From Chloroflexota bacterium (lineage in GTDB: Bacteria; Chloroflexota; Dehalococcoidia; UBA2979), in NCBI GenBank assembly GCA_027593235.1, contig JAQCIU010000003.1:32001-96000 (forward strand): 64,000 nucleotides of DNA, written 5' to 3'. Position numbers and translations under genes: made by a program. Shown here piece after piece: positions 19,694-27,774 of this stretch (its first letter is position 1; each line of letters starts with the position of its first letter). The notes beneath the pieces are model-generated. The model was not told the DNA's origin, made no database searches, and saw only the letters and a program-made list of their open reading frames with translations.

Positions 19694-20764
19694 CTAGACG
19701 AAGTCGAAGTCGCCGAGCGTGACGTGGAACCGGCTTGCTGGATCGCGGAGGATTGCAGCGGGTTCGGGCGGTCCACCGTCCGGCGGACTCGCCAGATCGT
19801 AGACAGCGCTCCCGGCCTCGATGAAGCCCGCGCGGCGGAGTGCCTGTTCGTACGGATGACCCGGTGGGAGCCAGCTGACGGTCGTCGTACAGCCCTGTTC
19901 GCCGATCCGCCTGACGCCTTCGGCGAGTAGCCGCTCCGCGAGATCCGGGTGATCCGGGTGGGCGAGCAGGTCGGGGATCGTCGCCGCGTCGCCGTCCGCC
20001 TTCAGCACGAGGTAGCCGAGGCAACGATCGCCCTCGAGGCTGGCGAGCACGACGGTCCGGCCGCCGCGTGGGTCGCGGTAGCGCCAGTTGAGGTACTCGG
20101 CGGTGCGGACCGTGGCAACCTCGAAGTCAGCGCGCGCGGCGTGCCAGAGCTGGTCCGTGCGATCGTCGAAGCGGTCGAGGAGCGTGATGGTCATCGCCTC
20201 GGTCGGTCGGGATCTGGCGCGGCGGCGAGAGGCGGCGGCACGCCATAGCGTGCGCGCGAGCTGCCCGATGCCACCGGCGGCGAGCTGCGCCCTGGCGAAA
20301 CCACGTGCGCGGTGATGGCGCCGCCAGATCGTCAACGGGCGCAGCGTCTCGGGGGCGTCGTTGATGTGCAGGACCTGCGGGCTGTTGCTGGGCGTGCCGA
20401 ATCCGAGGTGGCCGTTCTCGGCGAACTGCGCGTCGCGGTAGGCGGCGAGGAGCCTGGAGATGCCGCGCCCCTGGAAGTCGGGATGGACGCTGAGATCGGC
20501 GCCGTTCTCCGTCGTGTATTCCCGGTCGCCGACACGGACACGCCCGAACCAGCGGAGCCGCGATCCGATCACTTGCCCGTCGAGTTCGACGACGGTGTGT
20601 TTCGCGCAGTCCGCGACGCCGCCCAGCCCGAGCTTCCAGGTCAGGTGATCGAGTGGCGGCACGTCGATCGCGAAGGCGGGCCAATGCGGGAACGATGCCT
20701 CAATCACCGAGAGCATCGATGGCAGGTCGGCGACGGTGGCGTTTCGGATCGTCGGTTCGGCCAT
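19694..20764 (-). CDS. GNAT-family N-acetyltransferase (tandem GNAT)
   Basis: DLSVHPDFQGRGIS acetyl-CoA motif; RTAEYLNWRY. Confidence 0.8.
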   Translation of the reverse strand: MAEPTIRNATVADLPSMLSVIEASFPHWPAFAIDVPPLDHLTWKLGLGGVADCAKHTVVELDGQVIGSRLRWFGRVRVGDREYTTENGADLSVHPDFQGRGISRLLAAYRDAQFAENGHLGFGTPSNSPQVLHINDAPETLRPLTIWRRHHRARGFARAQLAAGGIGQLARTLWRAAASRRRARSRPTEAMTITLLDRFDDRTDQLWHAARADFEVATVRTAEYLNWRYRDPRGGRTVVLASLEGDRCLGYLVLKADGDAATIPDLLAHPDHPDLAERLLAEGVRRIGEQGCTTTVSWLPPGHPYEQALRRAGFIEAGSAVYDLASPPDGGPPEPAAILRDPASRFHVTLGDFDFV

Positions 20765-20967
20765 GGGCTCACGTCTCAGCGTTGTTTAGCGTCGTTCGGA
20801 GTTGCCTGACGTGCCTCGGCGCGTGCGGCGAAGCGTAACGGGGTTTTACGCCTCGGCAGGTGGACTTTTACTCAGCGGTGAGGTTCTGGCGAAACTCCGT
20901 GGCCGGTATGATCAGAGGACTCACTCTTCCGTCGTTCCCACCGACGGGTAGCCTGAACGGGCCATCC

Positions 20968-22359
20968 ATGACTCTCGAGACGCTCACCAGATCCGGCGAG
21001 GCCGGGGATTCACGCACGGCAGACGGTGCGCTTGCGGCCTCGCAGATCGCGGGGCTCCGCGAGGCGTTCGACGCGGATCCTCGGAACCGCGTGGCGCAGA
21101 ACGCGGTCACGCGGACGGCGATCGACGACATCGCGGTGAACCGCGAGATCGTGACGAGCACGGATCACACGTTCTCGCACCTCCTGGATCGCTGGACGGT
21201 CACCGATCAGAAACAATCGGGTCGCTGCTGGCTGTTCGCCGGTATGAACCTCTTTCGCGTTGGAGCGATGGAGCAGATGGGGTTGAAGAACTTCGAGTTC
21301 AGCCAGACCTACCTGTTCTTCTGGGACAAGTTCGAACGGGCGAACTATTTCCTGGAGGCGATGATCGAGACGTCCGATCGTCCGGTGGACGATCGCGTGG
21401 TCGCCTGGTTGCTGGGGCACCCGCTGGACGACGGCGGACAGTGGAACATGTTCGCGAGCCTGGTCCAGAAGTACGGCCTGGTGCCGAAGTCGGTGATGCC
21501 AGAGACGATCAGCTCCGAGAAGACGCCGCCGATGAACCGTCACCTGGTGCAGCGCCTGCGCGAGGGCGCGCGGGACATTCGCGAGCAGCGCGAGGGCGGC
21601 GCGGCGATCGATTCGCTGCGCGCGACCAAGGATGTGGTGCTGGCGGACTTCCATCGGATCCTGTCGATCCACCTCGGGACGCCGCCGGAGAAGTTCGACT
21701 GGCAGTGGAACGACCGCGACGAGCACTTCCACCGTGACGGGGAGATGACGCCACAGGCGTTCGCCGAGAAGTACGTGAACGTCCCGTTCGACGACTACGT
21801 CTGCCTGGTCAACGACCCCCGGCCGGGTAGCCCGTACGGGCGCACGTTCACGGTGGAGTACCTGGGCAACGTCGTTGGCGGCGAACCGGTGCGCTACCTC
21901 AACGTCGAGATCGACGTGATGAAGGAGCTGACGATGCGCTCCATTGTCGAACGCGGCGAGCCGGTATGGATGGGCTGTGACGTCGGGAAGATGATGCAGC
22001 GCGACCTCGGTATCTGGGACGCGAAGATGTTCGACTACGGGTCGATCTACGGGCGCGACTTCGACATGACCAAGGCGGAGCGGCTCCGCTATCACCAGAC
22101 GTACATGACGCACGCGATGCTGTTTACGGGTGTCGACGTGGTCGAGCACCACCCGCGGCGGTGGCGTGTGGAGAACTCGTGGGGCGACACGACCGGTCGC
22201 AAGGGTTTCTACGTGATGAACGATTCGTGGTTCGACGAGTACATGTTCGAGGTGGCGGTGCGGCGCGAGGACCTGCCGGCTGAGTTGCAGGCGGCGTTGG
22301 CGCAGGAGCCGATCGTGCTGCCGCCTTGGGACCCGATGGGTGCGCTGGCTTCGAGGTAG
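20968..22359 (+). CDS. pepC: Aminopeptidase C / bleomycin hydrolase (C1B)
   Basis: QKQSGRCWLFA, DGGQW, THAMLFTG, WRVENSWG, PWDPMGALA. Confidence 0.95.
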   Translation: MTLETLTRSGEAGDSRTADGALAASQIAGLREAFDADPRNRVAQNAVTRTAIDDIAVNREIVTSTDHTFSHLLDRWTVTDQKQSGRCWLFAGMNLFRVGAMEQMGLKNFEFSQTYLFFWDKFERANYFLEAMIETSDRPVDDRVVAWLLGHPLDDGGQWNMFASLVQKYGLVPKSVMPETISSEKTPPMNRHLVQRLREGARDIREQREGGAAIDSLRATKDVVLADFHRILSIHLGTPPEKFDWQWNDRDEHFHRDGEMTPQAFAEKYVNVPFDDYVCLVNDPRPGSPYGRTFTVEYLGNVVGGEPVRYLNVEIDVMKELTMRSIVERGEPVWMGCDVGKMMQRDLGIWDAKMFDYGSIYGRDFDMTKAERLRYHQTYMTHAMLFTGVDVVEHHPRRWRVENSWGDTTGRKGFYVMNDSWFDEYMFEVAVRREDLPAELQAALAQEPIVLPPWDPMGALASR

Positions 22360-22382
22360 GCGCGTCTCCTCGGAGGTGTGGA

Positions 22383-22491
22383 CGCGGGCTACGCCCGCGG
22401 GGTGATGTTCGGATGATCCCACCCGCCCTCCCAAAGGATCTCGGGGGCAAGCCCCCGCAGCCCCCCGGTCGCGACTCGCTTCGCGGTCGCG
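22383..22491. repeat. Cluster of short GC-rich palindromes (REP-like)
   Basis: cgcgggc-tac-gcccgcg (22383-22399), cgggggc-aa-gcccccg (22442-22457), cgcgactcgcttcgcggtcgcg (22470-22491). Confidence 0.45.
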
Positions 22492-22558
22492 CTCGGAACG
22501 GCGGTTGCAGCGGGGCAGGCGTGGACTTCGCGCCGCCGGACCGGAGTTGGTGTGACCG

Positions 22559-23521
22559 ATGCCCCGAGATGAGCGACGGCGCGACCGGGTGGAGCCTTTC
22601 CTTCGTGCGCGGCCGCCCGAGATGACGCTGCGCTGGGCGGCTGGTCAGCTCGGCTCGCGCCAGCGGGTCATTGGCGCGCGCAGGCTGCCGGGCGGGAAGG
22701 CGGTGGCGACGCATCTGCTGGCCGTCGAGTCGCCTCGAGGGGTGCGGAGTCGCGTGGTGTTGCGACGGTACGTGCGGGAGGACTGGATGGCGCGCGAGCC
22801 GGACGCGCCGGCGAAAGAGGCGCTCGCCCTCGGACTTGCCGAGCGGGCGGTGCTGCCGACGCCGCATCTGATCGCGGCCGACCTCACCGCCGAGGTCACC
22901 GATGCCCCCGCGTTGTTGCTGACGCGCCTCGCTGGTCGTCCGGACCTCCAGCCGAGGAACCTCGACTCGTGGCTGCGGCAGCAGGCTGAGGCGTTGCCGC
23001 CGATCCACGCCGTCGAGGGCGACGATCTCTCGCGGCTCGAGCGGTACGTGCCGTGGATTGACCTCGATGGGCTCCAGCCGCCTCGATGGTCTCGAGAGAC
23101 CGAGGCGTGGGGGCGTGTGATCGCGCTGGCGCGTGGACCGCGGCCGCGGGTGCGCTGGCGGTTCATCCACCGCGACTATCACCCGATGAATCTGCTCTGG
23201 TCTCGAGGGCGGCTGACCGGCGTGGTGGACTGGACCAACGCTCGCTACGGGCCGCCCGGGATCGACGTCGCGTGGGCGCGTCAGAACCTCGTGGTCTCGC
23301 ATGGCGTCGAGGTGGCCGAGCGGTTCCGCGCGTTTGCCGAGGCGGCGCTGGGACGCGAGCAGGACCCGGTATGGGACGCCCTCGGTGTGGTCGAGACGCT
23401 GCATGAGCCGGACATCGGCTCGCTCTCGCAGTGGCACGACCAGGGGCTGACGTCGCTGACGAAGGCGACGGTGCGTCGCCGCCTCGACAGCTACGCCGTC
23501 TCGATCGCCGCTCGCAGCTAG
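22559..23521 (+). CDS. Aminoglycoside phosphotransferase (APH)-family kinase
   Basis: FIHRDYHPMNLL, VVDW. Confidence 0.82.
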   Translation: MPRDERRRDRVEPFLRARPPEMTLRWAAGQLGSRQRVIGARRLPGGKAVATHLLAVESPRGVRSRVVLRRYVREDWMAREPDAPAKEALALGLAERAVLPTPHLIAADLTAEVTDAPALLLTRLAGRPDLQPRNLDSWLRQQAEALPPIHAVEGDDLSRLERYVPWIDLDGLQPPRWSRETEAWGRVIALARGPRPRVRWRFIHRDYHPMNLLWSRGRLTGVVDWTNARYGPPGIDVAWARQNLVVSHGVEVAERFRAFAEAALGREQDPVWDALGVVETLHEPDIGSLSQWHDQGLTSLTKATVRRRLDSYAVSIAARS

Positions 23522-23538
23522 CGAGGGGTGCGCCGCGC

Positions 23539-24417
23539 CTAGAGGTCGGCGATCTGGGGGATCACCTTCGTCGCCATCTGCTCGATGACGCGCGGGTCCT
23601 CGACGTTGATGGCGCTGCCGAGGGCGGCCTGGACGCCGACCGCGGCGAAGCGGCCGAGCCGGTCGACGAGCTCGCTGGCGTTCTCGCCGTTGGGGCCGGG
23701 ATCGAAGCGGGTGACGATCGTCTTCTCGATGTCGTCGTAGTCGCGCCCCTCGTTGTCGCAGTGGTTGGCGAGGATGCCGAGGCGGCGCTCCACGTTCTCG
23801 GGGTTGTCGCCGGCGATGTTGCAGAAGTTGGCGTGCTTCGCGACGAGGCGAAGCGTCTTCTTCTCGCCGCTGCCGGCGATCAGGAGCGGGGGGTGCGGCT
23901 GCTGGATCGGCTGCGGTGAGCAGAGGGTCTCAGCGAGCTGGTAGTGCTTGCCCTCGTAGGCCCCGTTGTTGTCGCTCCACATCTGCTTGAGGATCTCGAT
24001 CGTCTCCTCGAGGCGTTCGAAGCGCTCCTTGAGCGGCGGGAAGGGGATGCCGAGGCCGAGGTGCTCGCGCTCGTACCAGGCGGCGCCGACGCCGGCCCAG
24101 GCGCGGCCGCCGGAGAGCACATCGAGGCCGGTGATATGCTTCGCGAGGAAGCCGGGGTGGCGGTAGGTGATGCCGGTGGTGAGCACGCCGAGCTTCACCT
24201 TCGAGGTGCGCGCGGCGAGGTAGCCGAGGATGCCGTACGCCTCGAACATCTCGTGCTCGGCGGGGCCGACGTTGGCGATCTGGAAGTAGTGGTCCATGAC
24301 GGAGACGCGGTCGAATCCGCCCTCGTCAGCGGCGGCGAGGATGTCATCGAGCTTCGCGGCGAACTCGGCGGTGGGGACGCCGTAGGTGAAGTTGGAGAGG
24401 TGCAGTCCGAGCTTCAT
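23539..24417 (-). CDS. LLM-class F420-dependent oxidoreductase
   Basis: SVMDHYFQI, TYRHPG.LAK, DVLSGGRAW, IAGSGEKKTLRLVA. Confidence 0.9.
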   Translation of the reverse strand: MKLGLHLSNFTYGVPTAEFAAKLDDILAAADEGGFDRVSVMDHYFQIANVGPAEHEMFEAYGILGYLAARTSKVKLGVLTTGITYRHPGFLAKHITGLDVLSGGRAWAGVGAAWYEREHLGLGIPFPPLKERFERLEETIEILKQMWSDNNGAYEGKHYQLAETLCSPQPIQQPHPPLLIAGSGEKKTLRLVAKHANFCNIAGDNPENVERRLGILANHCDNEGRDYDDIEKTIVTRFDPGPNGENASELVDRLGRFAAVGVQAALGSAINVEDPRVIEQMATKVIPQIADL

Positions 24418-24516
24418 GGATGCTCCTTGTCGTGACGGGTGCGGGGACAGAGATGTTGCCTCAACGTACCAGCGCCGTTTGGCTGAGCGGTCATGTTCCA
24501 TGCCTGCTGGCAAGAA

Positions 24517-25179
24517 TTAGCAGTTGTCGAACCAGGGCTGGCAGCCGAACGCGAACGTCACCTCGACGTGGAGCATCTGCGCGGGGTCGCCGCGGAGGAC
24601 CGCATCGAAGGTGACGGACCCTTCGATGTGGTCGGACGTCCAGGTCTCGATCTCAAGCGATCCCGATTCCGGCACGGTTTCGTAGCGCCCGTCTCCCTCG
24701 AACACAACCTCTGTGAACATCGTCCCGGCAGCCCCGTTCAGCTTGAGCCGTCCCTCGGCTACCGCGTAGCTTCCGGGCCCCGCTGGGATATCCGCGCGTG
24801 TTGTACCGCTCGTCGCCGCGACGTTCACGCCGTCCCGTCCCGCGAGGTAGGTGCCTTGCGAGGTGATCGTCCCGGAATCAACGCAGGCGATCCGTAGCAG
24901 CGTGACGATCTGCGCGCTTTGGGCCATCTGGGCGTCGAACGACTCCTCGCTCGTGTCGGCCACCGCCTCCAGGTACGCGTCCGAGAACCAGTAGTCGGTG
25001 GTGAAGGTCTCGATCGTCTGTGGGTATGTCCACGCTTCGTCCCGCGCGCCGGTCAGCGTGATGGCACAACCGTCGTCGGTCCGACTCCTTGACTCGCCTT
25101 CGCCACAGGCCGCGATCAGGGCGAGAACGGCCACCGGCCACAGCAATCGCATGTACCAGTCGCTCCGATTGGTCGACAC
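24517..25179 (-). CDS. Putative lipoprotein (hypothetical)
   Basis: Lipobox LIAAC after a hydrophobic stretch; beta-rich mature region with four further Cys. Confidence 0.6.
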   Translation of the reverse strand: MSTNRSDWYMRLLWPVAVLALIAACGEGESRSRTDDGCAITLTGARDEAWTYPQTIETFTTDYWFSDAYLEAVADTSEESFDAQMAQSAQIVTLLRIACVDSGTITSQGTYLAGRDGVNVAATSGTTRADIPAGPGSYAVAEGRLKLNGAAGTMFTEVVFEGDGRYETVPESGSLEIETWTSDHIEGSVTFDAVLRGDPAQMLHVEVTFAFGCQPWFDNC

Positions 25180-25386
25180 AGGCTCACCTTCCCCCACGAG
25201 TCGGGGCGTGCTTCGTGAGTCTAGGGACAGTTTAGGGGCGAAGCTGGGATCAGAGGGAGGCGTCGACCGACCGTCAATAGAGGGTGGCCGGCGGGTTTGT
25301 TGGGTCGCCAAACGCGGTTTGAGATTGACGGCTGTATCGCAAGGGTGATACCGAAGGCAGTCGAAACGATTGAAAGAGGAGGACGC

Positions 25387-26571
25387 GTGGCCCAGCAACG
25401 CGAGGCGGCGATCGTCGGGATTCATGAGTACCCCAGCCGGTACGACCCCGACGTGTCGGCGATTCAGATCAAGGCAGCATCGATCAAGGCCGCGCTCGAC
25501 GACGCGGGGTTGAAGTGGAGCGACGTTGACGCGCTCTACGACGCGCAGGACGGCGAGGGAGGCGGCGGCCTTGGGCTGGCGGCCTACCTCGGGCTGAAGC
25601 CGACGGTGTTGGACACGACGCAGGTCGGTGGGTCCTCGTACGAGTTCCAGGCGGCGCACGCGATGCGCGATATCGCGGCCGGGAAGTGCAACGTGGCCGT
25701 GCTGTCGTACGGCTCCAAGGCGGCGACGCTGCGGACGCCGATCGGTACCGGTGGCGCGACCGGTGGCGGTAGCTGGCAGGCCAACATGGAGGCGCCGTAC
25801 GGCCAGACGCTGATCGCGAACTACGCGATGGTGGCGCACCGGCACATGCACGAGTTCGGGACGACCAGCGAGCAGCTCGCGGAGATCTCGGTGGCGACGC
25901 GCTACCACGCGATGCGGAACCCGCAGGCGGTGCAGGCGATGAACGACCTGCAGTTCGTCGGGGTGAACGAGATCACCATCCAGGACGTGCTGGACTCGCG
26001 GATCATCGCGGACCCGCTGCACCTCCTGGAATGCTGCATGGTCAGCGACGGCGGCGGCGCGGTGATCATCGCTTCGGCCGATGTCGCGCGCGGTACGAAG
26101 AAGAAGCCGGTCTGGCTGATCGGCAGCGGTGAGGCGACGAGTTACCGCGAGAACGGCGGCGACATCACGACGAGCGCCGGTGCGCAGAGCGCGCCGATCG
26201 CCTTCGCCGAGGCGGGTGTGTCCCCCTCGGAGATCGACGTGGCGATGATCTACGACTCGTTCTCGATCACGGTCGCCGTGATGCTCGAAGACCTCGGCTT
26301 CTGCAAGAAGGGCGAGGTGGGCGAGTACATCAGCGGCGGCCGGATGAAGTTCGACCAGCCGGGTGGTCCGGCGTTGAACACCGACGGCGGCGGGCTGTCC
26401 TCCAACCACCCGGGGATGCGCGGCATCTTCCTGCTGCTGGAGAGCGCGCGGCAGCTCCGAGGTGAGTCCACCTCGCAGGCCGCGAACGCGAAGCTGGCGG
26501 TCGCGCACGGCAACGGCGGGCTGCTGGGCGGCACGCACACCGGCGGCACCGTCATCATGGCCTCGGACTAG
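25387..26571 (+). CDS. Thiolase-superfamily protein (SCP2/Ltp2-like)
   Basis: RBS GAGGAGG; CCMVSDGGGA, IYDSF, NTDGGGLSSNHPG, RQLRGE. Confidence 0.88.
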   Translation: MAQQREAAIVGIHEYPSRYDPDVSAIQIKAASIKAALDDAGLKWSDVDALYDAQDGEGGGGLGLAAYLGLKPTVLDTTQVGGSSYEFQAAHAMRDIAAGKCNVAVLSYGSKAATLRTPIGTGGATGGGSWQANMEAPYGQTLIANYAMVAHRHMHEFGTTSEQLAEISVATRYHAMRNPQAVQAMNDLQFVGVNEITIQDVLDSRIIADPLHLLECCMVSDGGGAVIIASADVARGTKKKPVWLIGSGEATSYRENGGDITTSAGAQSAPIAFAEAGVSPSEIDVAMIYDSFSITVAVMLEDLGFCKKGEVGEYISGGRMKFDQPGGPALNTDGGGLSSNHPGMRGIFLLLESARQLRGESTSQAANAKLAVAHGNGGLLGGTHTGGTVIMASD

Positions 26572-26592
26572 TCGGAACGAAGGAGAAGCAAC

Positions 26593-27006
26593 ATGTCCAA
26601 GCGACCGATGCCGAAGTTCTTCGAGCCCGACACGCAGGCGTTCTGGGACGCGACGAACGACGAGCAGCTCGTCTACCAGCAGTGCAAGGCATGCAACGAG
26701 GTGGTGTTCACGCCTCGGGCGCACTGCACCAGCTGCGGCAGTGCTGACCTAGAACAGAAGACGTCCAAGGGGGATGGGACGGTGTACACCTACTCGGTGG
26801 TGCGCCAGAACCGGAACCCGGCGTTCGCCGACCTCGGTGCTTACGCGCTGGCCTACATCGACCTCGACGAGGGCTTCCGCATGCTCTCGAACGTGGTCGG
26901 GGTGGCGAACCCACAGACCGACGTGAAGGTCGGGCAGCGGGTAAAGGTGAAGTTCGAGAAGCAGGATGAGGGCGAGTACCTGATCCCGCTGTTCGAGCCG
27001 ATCTAG
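26593..27006 (+). CDS. DUF35 Zn-ribbon/OB-fold partner protein
   Basis: CKAC...PRAHCTSC, GTVYTYSVV, LDEGFRMLSNV. Confidence 0.9.
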   Translation: MSKRPMPKFFEPDTQAFWDATNDEQLVYQQCKACNEVVFTPRAHCTSCGSADLEQKTSKGDGTVYTYSVVRQNRNPAFADLGAYALAYIDLDEGFRMLSNVVGVANPQTDVKVGQRVKVKFEKQDEGEYLIPLFEPI

Positions 27007-27032
27007 CCTCGGAAGCACCGCCAGCAGATCGA

Positions 27033-27059
27033 AGCGGCCCCCTCATCGAGGGGGCCGCT
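27033..27059. terminator. Perfect 12-bp hairpin after the thiolase/DUF35 operon
   Basis: agcggccccctc-atc-gagggggccgct; weak U-tail. Confidence 0.65.
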
Positions 27060-27122
27060 GTCGTGCCGGGCGGGCGTCGTCGACTCGTACACTGCGAAGT
27101 GAAGCGACGTGGAGGCGAGCTG

Positions 27123-27398
27123 ATGCTGTACGAATACAAGCACACCGGTCGGCGGCGACGCGGTTGCCTCGAGACGTTCGAACTCCGCCGCGGCGTCTCC
27201 GCCCGCGACGATGACGCTCCTTGCCCAGAGTGCGGAACCCTCGAAACCGAGCGCCTCAAGTTCCAGTCCTTTGCCGTCGCTACCCCCTTCGACGCCGCTG
27301 CCGCGCGGGCGCCACGGCCACCCAGACGCGGCCCGTACGACGACTTCACGCGGGAGAATGTCGCCGACGATCGCGATAGCGACGTCGCGCACCTTTAG
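27123..27398 (+). CDS. FmdB-family zinc-ribbon-like small protein
   Basis: GGAGG RBS; MLYEYKH...C.ETFE...APCPECG..ETER. Confidence 0.7.
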   Translation: MLYEYKHTGRRRRGCLETFELRRGVSARDDDAPCPECGTLETERLKFQSFAVATPFDAAAARAPRPPRRGPYDDFTRENVADDRDSDVAHL

Positions 27399-27488
27399 GG
27401 CGCGAGGTGTGAGCGTTGTTGCTGCGTAGCCCCCCCGAGGGGGCAGTTTCCCGCCTGTCCGTCCTGGGGACTGGGGAGCGTGTTCTGT

Positions 27489-27519
27489 CAGTTGACAATT
27501 AGTCAACTGGGACTATGCT
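27489..27519 (+). promoter_or_regulatory. Sigma70-type promoter with overlapping palindromic operator
   Basis: TTGACA (27492-97), 16 nt, TATGCT (27514-19); inverted repeat CAGTTGAC-N5-GTCAACTG at 27489-27509. Confidence 0.7.
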
Positions 27520-27568
27520 CACCGGCATCAACAGCGGCAAGGATGCCCGCACTGAGAGGATTCCGGCC

Positions 27569-27679
27569 GTGAAGTATGAGCGACCGCAGATCGTGCGCAA
27601 CCGCGTGATCGGTCAGATGATTCAGGAGACCTCCCTCGTCATCTGCACCTTCCCGGATCAGCTGAACTGCCAGTTCTAG
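27569..27679 (+). CDS. 36-aa putative RiPP (lasso-type) precursor MKYERPQIVRNRVIGQMIQETSLVICTFPDQLNCQF
   Basis: RBS GAGAGGA 8 nt before GTG; own promoter and terminator; GC3-rich codons; YxxPxI and G-x5-T leader motifs. Confidence 0.7.
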   Translation: MKYERPQIVRNRVIGQMIQETSLVICTFPDQLNCQF

Positions 27680-27696
27680 ACCGCGCATCGTTCGGC

Positions 27697-27726
27697 AAAC
27701 GGCCCCCTCATCGAGGGGGCCGTTTT
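27697..27726. terminator. Intrinsic terminator, likely bidirectional, between the peptide ORF and the S9 peptidase
   Basis: aaacggccccctc-atc-gagggggccgtttt. Confidence 0.8.
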
Positions 27727-27774
27727 CGTTGGAGGCGCATTCGTTGGCGCGCCAGGACCGGGCATGGCGCGCAG

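Noticed and set aside
20770-20967. Possible riboswitch upstream of pepC
   Set aside because: Only generic hairpins; no recognisable aptamer consensus.
14673-23521. CPT-like and APH-like kinases as a resistance island
   Set aside because: Both are broad kinase families, they are 7 kb apart, and there is no mobile element or supporting context.
24517-26724. 735-aa minus ORF
   Set aside because: Mostly antisense to the thiolase; only the lipoprotein portion (24517-25179) is plausible.
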